A stretch of DNA of 64,000 nucleotides from a virus, in the IMG/VR virus record IMGVR_UViG_3300037485_001404, positions 1 to 64,000 of that record; one strand, 5' to 3'. The notes beneath the pieces were generated by a model. That model was not told the DNA's origin and ran no database searches. It was given only the letters and a program-made list of their open reading frames with translations. Both the position numbers and the translations under genes were made by a program. Below, piece after piece: positions 50,650 through 58,661 of the stretch (position 1 is the stretch's first letter; every line of letters begins with the position of its first letter).

Positions 50650-51844
50650 TAAGTTTTTGAAATTTGTATCCGCAGTTAAGGCCGAATCAATTGAGTTTCC
50701 TGAACTGAAACCGTATCTGGTAGCCCAAGCCATTCTTGAATGTGGCAGGGGTATTACAGAGTTGTTCGACCAATACAATAACCCTTTCGGAATGCACTAC
50801 CATGATTTCCTGGCACCTTACGGTATCGGCGTTCAATATGTGGCCTGCGACGGACCTGGGCTTTATACCAAGTTTGATAATTATTCATCCGCTATTAAGG
50901 GTTTCTACAAGTGGTTCGATGCCTGGGCACACTATGGCGACTGGAGAACCGAGGCACGCAAAGGCGGGCTTGCTTTTCTGAAGCACATCGGACCTTTCTA
51001 CTGCCCTCCCGGATTCACTGAATCCTGGAAAACTGCACATGGAGGTCTTGACTATGCGGACTATATCGTTAACAACCTGCTGGTAGAAGCTAAGGTTTTG
51101 TTGAATGATGCGACAGCAACCCCCGATAAACCCACCCCAAAACCAGTACCGAAGGATTTTACCTATCTTTCTGCAGATACTGCTGAAGCAAAGAACTTGG
51201 TCAATGCTTTGGTGTCTAATTTTCCAAAAGAGTTTAGCTTTAAGCTGTATAAACCACCTACGGATACTCCAGTAGAGCCACCAAAACCCCCAAACCCGCC
51301 AACAACTGCCGGGAAAAAGATACTTCTGAACCCAGGACACAGTGCTTCTTCCCCTGGCGCGGATGGACTGTCATCTAGCGTCCATGAAGAGGTGCAAAAT
51401 CTCCTTGCCGCAAATATTATGGCCTCAGATCTCAGAGCTGCAGGGCATACTGTAGATATCTTTAGGTCAGAGAGCAATGATCTTCAAGCTGTGGGAGACA
51501 AAGCTAAGGGGTATGATGCTGCATACTCTCTCCATCACAATGCTTTTGACAAGAAAGAGCATTACGTCTGGATATTCGGCCCGAGTGGAGAAGCTAACCA
51601 AGCATCTAAAGATCTTGGAGCCAAGATTACTGCAGCAATTGGAAAAGCTCTTAATCTTGCAGATAATGGGATGGAAAAGTCGGGATATACTGTCCCCAAT
51701 CTGTTCGCGAAGAATTGCAAAGGCCCATCTGGTCTTATTGAATTCTATTTCATTGATGCATATGGGGATCTTAATGTTGTTAATGATAGAACAACTAAAG
51801 CGGCACATGCAATGGCTGGAGCAATGATTAAATACTTCGGGTGA
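50627..51844 (+). CDS. endolysin: GH73 glucosaminidase plus Amidase_3
   Basis: AQAILECG...NNPFGM (GH73); Pro-rich linkers; ILLNPGH...E...SLHHNA...LIEFYFID (Zn amidase). Confidence 0.88.
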   Translation: MVQEKPSDKFLKFVSAVKAESIEFPELKPYLVAQAILECGRGITELFDQYNNPFGMHYHDFLAPYGIGVQYVACDGPGLYTKFDNYSSAIKGFYKWFDAWAHYGDWRTEARKGGLAFLKHIGPFYCPPGFTESWKTAHGGLDYADYIVNNLLVEAKVLLNDATATPDKPTPKPVPKDFTYLSADTAEAKNLVNALVSNFPKEFSFKLYKPPTDTPVEPPKPPNPPTTAGKKILLNPGHSASSPGADGLSSSVHEEVQNLLAANIMASDLRAAGHTVDIFRSESNDLQAVGDKAKGYDAAYSLHHNAFDKKEHYVWIFGPSGEANQASKDLGAKITAAIGKALNLADNGMEKSGYTVPNLFAKNCKGPSGLIEFYFIDAYGDLNVVNDRTTKAAHAMAGAMIKYFG

Positions 51845-51847
51845 TGT

Positions 51848-52006
51848 ATGAAAAAAGAATCAATGATTGAAGAACACCGGAGATTAGTGAGAATTCTTAC
51901 TACTGGAACTAAAGCTGAGCAATTGAAAGAAGCTAAAGGCCAGAAGGAAGAACTCAAAGAGATGATCAAACCTAAAATTCGAGAGAAACTATCAAGGAAA
52001 GGGTAG
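51848..52006 (+). CDS. small hypothetical protein (52 aa)
   Basis: Read by hand (MKKESMIEEHRRLVRIL...); fills the gap between endolysin and glycosyltransferase. Confidence 0.55.
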   Translation: MKKESMIEEHRRLVRILTTGTKAEQLKEAKGQKEELKEMIKPKIREKLSRKG

Positions 52007-52007
52007 T

Positions 52008-53051
52008 ATGATAAGATTGGGGGTATTGTCTCCTTCGCCAATAGATACCACGGGTTTGTTTAGGGTAGGTTGGCCTCTAGCTCTATTACGTAGGCAAACC
52101 CCTAATTTTGTATATACGTACATCAATGAAGTATCCTGGCTATCGGCATCTCAAATTGATGCTTGTATGTTTCAAAGACCGTTTACTCCTGAGCATGTGA
52201 CAATCCTTAATAGGTTCAAAGAAGAAAGTGTTCCGACCTGGATTGAGTATGATGATCTTCTTACCGCAATACCGAAGCACAATCCTTCTTTCGATACTTA
52301 CGGTAAGCCAGACATACTGGAAGCATTGAAAATAATACCTGCTCTGGTAGATATTATTACAGTTACTACCCCTTACCTCAAAGAATGCCTACAATCCCCT
52401 TCAGTGAAAGATGTTAGAGTTGTCCCCAATGCTTGGGATGACTATCATCTTCCGATGGAACAAGAGAAGCACGCGGTCAACAAATCTCTCCGTATCGTAT
52501 GGAGAGGAAGTCCAACACATATTTCCGATCTTGATCTATATGCCGATCCGGTTATTAGACTGCACAAAGAGGATCCAAGCATTCACTGGTTCTTCCTTGG
52601 GTTTAGACCTTGGTTTACTAGACAAATGGAACAAACACACTGCCATGTCTTCGAGAAACCTCTAGATATGGTAGAATACATTAGATTTTTAGGGACTATC
52701 AGACCAGATATTCTCGTAGTACCTTTGACAGATGATCCGTTTAATAGGGCTAAGAGCAATATTGCTTGGATGGAAGCATCCTTTGCAGATGCTGTGACTG
52801 TTGCTCCTGATTTCCCTGAATGGAATAGACCTGGGATTATAAACTACAAGGATTCTATTCTAGATACGCTATCGGATACGATAGTGAACATTGATTCGTT
52901 GAAGCACAATACAAAACTATCCTGGGATTTCATCCAAGAAAATCTTCTTCTCTCCAAGGTTAATTATTTGAGATGGGAAGTGCTGGAAGAAATAATAAGT
53001 AAGAAGAAGCCTATTACGACTTCTTTCTTACCTCTAGGATCGAGACCCTAA
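52008..53051 (+). CDS. glycosyltransferase (GT-B/GT4-like)
   Basis: FQRP, EYDDLL, ITVTTPYL, VVPNA, IVWRGSPTH, PLTDDPFNRAKSNIAWME. Confidence 0.85.
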   Translation: MIRLGVLSPSPIDTTGLFRVGWPLALLRRQTPNFVYTYINEVSWLSASQIDACMFQRPFTPEHVTILNRFKEESVPTWIEYDDLLTAIPKHNPSFDTYGKPDILEALKIIPALVDIITVTTPYLKECLQSPSVKDVRVVPNAWDDYHLPMEQEKHAVNKSLRIVWRGSPTHISDLDLYADPVIRLHKEDPSIHWFFLGFRPWFTRQMEQTHCHVFEKPLDMVEYIRFLGTIRPDILVVPLTDDPFNRAKSNIAWMEASFADAVTVAPDFPEWNRPGIINYKDSILDTLSDTIVNIDSLKHNTKLSWDFIQENLLLSKVNYLRWEVLEEIISKKKPITTSFLPLGSRP

Positions 53052-54406
53052 CGCTAAGGAACCATACGGTACTATACCAGAACCTCACCACATCTCAATA
53101 CGCACTACCTCTATTCCACTTTATCGCACAATGCCGTCATGATAACATACAACGCATTACCCTCTCGACACTATAGCATACTTCACCTATTCTTCAAAGT
53201 ATATGATACCACCCTACCTACATAAAACCTCGCTCGACTTCTACGCCACGGGACGGCATCTTACCACTACCGTACCGAACAGCACTCCACTTTACCCTCA
53301 CTCCATGGAACAACACCTAACCAAAGCCCGACCGCATCTCACATCGCTTTATCCGGATAGCAAGTTAAGAGACTATACCTCCATGCCACGAGGCTCGGCT
53401 CGACCACAACCTTACATGACGAAACAATGCTATACCCCAACTGTACGGTCCCGTATAAGATTTCACCTTCTGCAGTACCGATACCAAACCACAACACCAA
53501 ACTACATAACTATGCCGTCACCTTTCCCACCTTATCGGATCTCACCTTTACTTCACGCGAAGAAACTTTACCCCCTACATTAAGGCATCCTAGCTTAATC
53601 TACCTCGACCACAACTAAGTCCACTTGACCATCGCCTTACGTCATAATATCCTATCTTGCAGGAACGCAATCCCAGTATACAATGATTCAACACGACCAT
53701 CGCCTTATCAAACACTGGTTCATCTTACCATCACACCAATGTACGTGGCTCTACCCCCATCTAATCTTATTGCACCCCACCTCTGCTGGAAAGCACATAG
53801 CGCAGCTTTACCTACACCGCAAGACACGTAACGCAGCATTGCCGCTACCTTGACGAATCGAACAGAACAATACCGCTACTTTATTGCCAGATTACTTGAC
53901 CTCAACCCACCTTTAATAGGCGGTACGTGGCATAACTTTAACGGCACTGGACCAAACCTGGACCAAAGACGAATTTACTCCTAACACATACTACGCGGCT
54001 TTACCTTTACCTGCATTAACCTACTACACCTTCGATTGAAGTTAGTTTACCCCACCTACAACCTCACATCGCTTTATCAAACCAATACTACACTTGACTT
54101 TACCTAGACGAAAAATTCATATTATATCACCGAAACTGCAACCTATTTCACTTTACCGTGGCATTGCGCCAATCCAGTCTACCACAACAACATACCGCAA
54201 AATCCTACCATCACCGAACTGTACCGAAGACAACCATACCCTTACAGAATCCAGCGAAACCAGGCCCGCACTGAAGACAACGAAACCAAACCCTCACTAA
54301 ACTGCACCGTGACAGAAGGTGGCTTAACTCTAACTTTACATCGATGGCTTTAGTGCCACCCTTCGATTGAAGTTAGTTTACCCATCCTACAACCTCACAT
54401 CGCCTT
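53051..54406 (-). ncRNA. periodic non-coding array (5-nt period, ~50 units of 5n+1 nt); candidate guide-RNA array of a VIPR-like system
   Basis: Plus strand parses as runs of purine-initial pentamers (mostly AC-NNN) closed by a hexamer, usually RCC-NNN, e.g. 53269 accgt accga acagc actcc acttt accctc | actcc atgga acaac accta accaaa. Lies directly downstream of the RAMP gene. RNA function and strand are inferred. Confidence 0.8.
54029..54403. repeat. 44-bp direct repeat within the array (54029-54072 and 54360-54403)
   Basis: CCTTCGATTGAAGTTAGTTTACCC(CA/AT)CCTACAACCTCACATCGC; 42/44 identical. Confidence 0.9.
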
Positions 54407-54477
54407 TCTTATAACAGTCAATCTCCCACAGACTGTTCCCACCAAAATCATCCGGATTCTCCAGTCATTTCAAGCAC

Positions 54478-55326
54478 TTAGAGCCATCCGGGTGGTAAAT
54501 CTTCTTCGTATCCCGGCAATTCTTCCAACTGATAAAGAAATGCGCCTTTGTTTCCACTGCCTCTCCATGATCCTAATCCCTGATTCTTACCAAGGTCTAG
54601 CAATACCTTCAACGCTTCAAATGTAAATGGTGATCCCTTTCTAACTCTAAGCACTGTTCCCATTTCCGTATCCACAGGTAAGACTTCTGAAACAGCGATA
54701 GCAGTCTTTCGCTTGCCCATAACATCAAAGTGAATAGCTCGCTCACAATAAGCGGGATTGCCCTCACTGTCACGAGCAATATCGCGGTCAGGGCGCATAA
54801 ATTCATCAACAGCTTTAAGGTCCAGAGCACCACAACCACCAGCAGCCACTTTAGTCTTGACAATGGATCTATCCTCCGTAGAAAGCATCACTTCGAGATT
54901 AGCCTTGATGTTACCAAGGATCATATGAGTAGACACCATAGGCCAACCCTTTTCATCTCTCATGAAAACTGTTGCCTGCTTTTGAGTTCCTTCTTTTACT
55001 GCTTCATCAAACTCTTTCTCAACGTCTACGATCAACTCCAGCAATTCAGGGATAGTCTCAGGCAAAGCTTCATTCCTTCCAAGTCTTGCTTGAAAGGATC
55101 TGACTATCCCCTGTAGTTCCATTATTTCTTTCTCCACAGCCAATGCACTACCGGAATACTTTGCCAGTGCCTTGGTGACCTTGGCACCGAGCTTGTTGGC
55201 TTTCTCCAATTCTTTCTTGGTCTTAGAGAGGACGTGCTCATTGTAGATCGATGCTTTAGGGCAAGTGCCCAACATGTCTCGGATAAGCTTGAGGCGAAGG
55301 CGATAGTACAGAAAATTCCCAGTCAT
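54478..55326 (-). CDS. stand-alone RAMP / Cas7-like RNA-binding protein (Vipr-like)
   Basis: RAMP hallmarks in the expected order: first strand YRLRLKLIRDMLG; FMRDEKGWPMVSTHMILGNIK (cf. the Cas7-group G-P-IP---lKG-lR motif); thumb region ERAI...RKTAIAVSEVLPVDTEM; glycine-rich loop GLGSWRGSGNKGAF. AAGGAG RBS. Confidence 0.85.
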   Translation of the reverse strand: MTGNFLYYRLRLKLIRDMLGTCPKASIYNEHVLSKTKKELEKANKLGAKVTKALAKYSGSALAVEKEIMELQGIVRSFQARLGRNEALPETIPELLELIVDVEKEFDEAVKEGTQKQATVFMRDEKGWPMVSTHMILGNIKANLEVMLSTEDRSIVKTKVAAGGCGALDLKAVDEFMRPDRDIARDSEGNPAYCERAIHFDVMGKRKTAIAVSEVLPVDTEMGTVLRVRKGSPFTFEALKVLLDLGKNQGLGSWRGSGNKGAFLYQLEELPGYEEDLPPGWL

Positions 55327-55366
55327 AATTGCTCCTTATGCGTTAAGTGACTTCAGAACCGTTTTT

Positions 55367-55394
55367 ACCCTATCACACCCACCGAGGATGTCAA
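55367..55394 (-). promoter_or_regulatory. putative promoter of the RAMP gene and array
   Basis: Minus strand TTGACA, 16-nt spacer, TAGGGT with extended -10 TG; about 40 nt upstream of the ATG. Confidence 0.45.
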
Positions 55395-55649
55395 CAGGCA
55401 AAGCTTGGACAGCCAAAATCCCGACCACACTTTGGACACCGCAACCCCTTGATATCATTAGACCGATCCAGGGAGATCTACTATATTGAATGACAAAAAA
55501 GACCCCTTTATCCAATAGTCCTAGCACCAAGGCTGAAATCGATTTGGACCCTATACTGATGCGATCTGCTCGAAAAGATTCAACCTTGAGCCTCTGAACG
55601 CGACAAATTTCAGGGCTTATCTGATTGACCGGCCAGTCAAGCCACCCTC

Positions 55650-55678
55650 TTGTATTCCACCTTATAACATGCTATGCT
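55650..55678 (+). promoter_or_regulatory. sigma70-type promoter
   Basis: TTGTAT, 17-nt spacer, TATGCT with extended -10 TG; palindrome TTGAC-N6-GTCAA at 55625-55640. Confidence 0.55.
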
Positions 55679-55699
55679 TCTACTATGAGGAGAATTCCA

Positions 55700-56332
55700 A
55701 TGAGAAGACTGTTCGCGATCTTAACGCTTTCTGCCTGTACTAACGCATCTTTAGAACCAGTACCGATAACTTATCCCAGAGCTACTCTACCCTTTCTTAT
55801 CGAGGGTATTCCGTACACAGGTATAGCTGCAGCCCAGAGGAAAACCTCACAGAAGATAACAGTGAACACACAAAAGGATTCACCGTATCTGTTTATGACT
55901 ACCTGCCATAGGGAACAGTTATTTGAACGTCCGGCACTAAACTTCGACTTCACTTATGTGCCCCAGTTCTGGATAGAGAACACATCCTACTGCCTTATAA
56001 AGTTCACAATGATTTCTGCTCAAGGAAAGACCTTGGTTGGATTCATCGATTTGTCCTCAGAAGATGATCTCCCATATCGCCTTCAGTGTAATGGAAGTTC
56101 TACTTCTCCAGTAGGATATTCTATTTGTCAGTCTCGTTCTGGTTTGATACAGAGAATATCATTTGATGTTAGAGTGGTAGTAGAACCAGCAAAGGGATGT
56201 AGTCTACCTGAACCAGACGGCTTCAGCTACAATATCCCTCTATCTTCAGGTTTATGTCTTTATGTGTTCAGGGCTACCGATGGAAGATTTGCTAGATTAA
56301 CTACCTACGGGTACACTGAGGTGCTACCATGA
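55700..56332 (+). CDS. putative lipoprotein
   Basis: ATG at 55700 after GAGGAG; signal peptide MRRLFAILTLSA/C with lipobox; Cys-containing beta-rich mature part. Confidence 0.75.
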   Translation: MRRLFAILTLSACTNASLEPVPITYPRATLPFLIEGIPYTGIAAAQRKTSQKITVNTQKDSPYLFMTTCHREQLFERPALNFDFTYVPQFWIENTSYCLIKFTMISAQGKTLVGFIDLSSEDDLPYRLQCNGSSTSPVGYSICQSRSGLIQRISFDVRVVVEPAKGCSLPEPDGFSYNIPLSSGLCLYVFRATDGRFARLTTYGYTEVLP

Positions 56333-56535
56333 TAGTTCCATTCCTTCCCCTTATTGCGTCAGTGGCCACTTACTTCGTCAACCTATTCATAAAAGACAAA
56401 GCGAAGCAAGAAGAGTACAGACTTAAAGTTCTTCAGGCTGTAGACTCTTACAATGCTACAGCTCTGGATTCAGCAAAGTTAAGGTCAGAGTATGTGAGGT
56501 TGAAAAATAAACTTAAGGCTGGACCTACTACTTAG
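56329..56535 (+). CDS. small membrane-anchored protein
   Basis: N-terminal hydrophobic helix plus basic coiled coil; ATGA overlap. Confidence 0.65.
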   Translation: MIVPFLPLIASVATYFVNLFIKDKAKQEEYRLKVLQAVDSYNATALDSAKLRSEYVRLKNKLKAGPTT

Positions 56536-56608
56536 GGTTTTTGTAGTATATCGTTTCTATAATTTCTTAGAAACGATTGTGGATATCTGTATAAGAGGAG
56601 TGGATATA

Positions 56609-56974
56609 ATGACAAAAGAGACTCATGAACCTATCGGTTCTTTCGGTGTGAATGAAACACTGGAAGTTATTTCCTTTGGGATGCTTACTGCGAAAGGAAT
56701 CGTAGACTCATTGAAGTCGGATGGAAAACTTGATCCGTCAGACTATACCAACTTTCTTCCGGGTCTTATGCAAATACCGGATGCGTTGACAGGGTTGACG
56801 GATATCCCTAATGAGTTGAAAGAACTTTCACCGGAAGAGATGATCCTTATTAGGGACCATATTCTCACTTCACTCCCTGATATCGGTGAGAAGTGGATCG
56901 TTGTCGCCAAGGAGTCTTTCACCATCGGATTCTCAATCCTCAATATCCTTAAGGCGATCAAGAAGACTGCATGA
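56609..56974 (+). CDS. hypothetical protein
   Basis: ATG at 56609 after GAGGAG; helical. Confidence 0.7.
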   Translation: MTKETHEPIGSFGVNETLEVISFGMLTAKGIVDSLKSDGKLDPSDYTNFLPGLMQIPDALTGLTDIPNELKELSPEEMILIRDHILTSLPDIGEKWIVVAKESFTIGFSILNILKAIKKTA

Positions 56975-56990
56975 AAGATGCCTCCGTTTT

Positions 56991-57024
56991 AGGGTTCTAC
57001 AATGCTTCTTGTAGGACCTTTTAT
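56991..57024 (+). terminator. rho-independent terminator
   Basis: GGTTCTACAA/TTGTAGGACC stem followed by TTTT. Confidence 0.55.
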
Positions 57025-57147
57025 GTTATAGTCCTTAGTATATTAAAGGTAGAACGAAGTGCCACTAAGATTCCTCATCCTTTCAAACGCCCAATTTAGC
57101 ACGCTGGCAGATTACATCTCCCTATGTAGCTGCCGGAGGTGCGGGGT

Positions 57148-57498
57148 ATGACTCATTTAGATATACTATTAGACAAACGAAAAGAAGCTAGAACTGAGGT
57201 AAAAAGAGTTGAGCAATCCATTGCAGTAGAAGCTTGTCCCCATAAATTAGGACAACTTGTAACCTATACCCATAAAGGTGGAAAGGTTCAAGCTATAATA
57301 ACTCAGATCAGCTTTAGGGTTACTCCTCCTTATTATTACATATCACTGAGTGTTATCAATGAGGACCATACACTGAAGAAACCTAGAAGAGTTTATCGTG
57401 AGAGTAGTTTAACTATACTAGACCTCAAAGATGGAAAGAACGATGCTCTCCTCAAGAAAAGGGTCAAAGAGTTATCGGAGAAAGGATTCATCCTCTAG
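57148..57498 (+). CDS. hypothetical protein
   Basis: ATG at 57148 after GGAGG. Confidence 0.7.
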   Translation: MTHLDILLDKRKEARTEVKRVEQSIAVEACPHKLGQLVTYTHKGGKVQAIITQISFRVTPPYYYISLSVINEDHTLKKPRRVYRESSLTILDLKDGKNDALLKKRVKELSEKGFIL

Positions 57499-57589
57499 AC
57501 TATCCATAATAGTAACATGGTATATTGTTGTTCCTCCCTAACAACAAGCGATGGTGGGGGAGGGGAGGGGTGGTATAGGTCTTCCCTTA

Positions 57590-57662
57590 TAAAATAACGC
57601 AGGGCCACCATAATACAGTGTCGTACAAAGAGATTCTTTATGTAAAATAACGCAGGGCCACC
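57590..57662. repeat. 20-bp direct repeat pair
   Basis: TAAAATAACGCAGGGCCACC at 57590-57609 and 57643-57662. Confidence 0.9.
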
Positions 57663-57732
57663 TTGAGAGCGATTTTTTGTACCCCCTTGAGAGCGATTTT
57701 TTGTACCCCCTTGAGAGCGATTTTTTGTACCC
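57661..57732. repeat. 24-bp perfect tandem repeat x3
   Basis: CCTTGAGAGCGATTTTTTGTACCC x3. Confidence 0.95.
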
Positions 57733-58345
57733 CCTACCCCACACCCCTACGCCATCCCACATTACCCTTATCCCGCCATGATATATCTAGGCATAGTATT
57801 ACCTAGTCATAATAATAATTAGTCTTATCCTGCCTTGTCTGATTCTATCCTGATATGACCTGTCAGAATAGACTGTCGGGCTAACATCACACCAAAACGT
57901 GATCAAACTTCTTGAGCAATTCCAGCGGGTTTCGCCAAATCACGCGCTAACATCAAGCACACTCCCGCGCTAACATCACGCCACTCCCTGATATTAACCA
58001 CCAGTTAAGATCCCCCTTACCTCAACAATTTCCCTAGCTTACACCCTATTCATTCCTTTTATATCCATCTACCCTACATAAGATTTCCTCTATGACCTGA
58101 CCTACATCGCCAGCCGCTCATCATTCCTCCCCTATGATGACTTACCATAGGATATCCTTCACCTTTACCGCCAAGTGTCTAAGCATTTTTTCCTCTCAAC
58201 TCCTTGGACACCTCCATCTAGCCATCCAACACTCTTTCCATTATCAACTACGACACAAAAAGTTATTCACCTTTCACTATTCAACCATCTATTCCTTGTA
58301 CACTACACTTAAACATCAATCGTAATAATTCTACACGGTTAATGT

Positions 58346-58362
58346 TTGGCACGATACCTGCA
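58346..58362 (+). promoter_or_regulatory. sigma54 (-24/-12) promoter
   Basis: TTGGCACGATACCTGCA versus consensus YTGGCACGRNNNTTGCW: one mismatch, correct GG-to-GC spacing, upstream of the early gene block. Confidence 0.6.
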
Positions 58363-58661
58363 ATGTGTTTTTTCGATGGCGCAGTATACTCCGGTCATCT
58401 TGGCACCCAACTGATTGCGTGGTTTGGTGTCCTCCCGCATAGCGTAAAGCCAACCGGGAAGTTACTCGTCGACGATGCCCGTTCCTTGCCCCGTCAACAA
58501 AAAGGCGGTCGGTACAGCAACAACCGGGACTAAGCGGAGGAAAGGATAACTCGAAATCCTACTAGGCTATAGGAAAGAGTATATCAAAACTCTTCCTGCT
58601 ATGATGAATACAATGCCATTGTATTCATCTCAATGCTGGTATACAACATGCTAGCAGTGAG

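Noticed and set aside
53440-53470. Variable triplets of one unit concatenate to TGT GGT CGT AAG TTC (CGRKF), resembling a terminase Walker A
   Set aside because: One 15-nt coincidence among about 50 units and several possible decodings; not evidence of a target without a proper search.
53203-54300. Plus-strand ORFs 53203-53583, 53427-53618, 53625-53831 and 54094-54300
   Set aside because: They overlap in different frames, lack an RBS, and their Pro/Thr/His/Tyr bias follows from the ACC-rich 5-nt periodicity, which does not fit codon structure.
53051-54406. Canonical CRISPR array next to the Cas7-like gene
   Set aside because: There is no conserved 25-40 nt repeat alternating with spacers; conservation is positional, every fifth base.
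57661-57732. 24-bp repeat as a mini-CRISPR, or ORF 57538-57762 as a real gene
   Set aside because: The copies are head-to-tail with no spacers, and the ORF is only the translated repeat with no RBS.
58375-58575. Hammerhead ribozyme or group I intron
   Set aside because: CTGATTG does not match the CUGANGA core, no convincing P7 pairing was found, and no interrupted gene flanks it.
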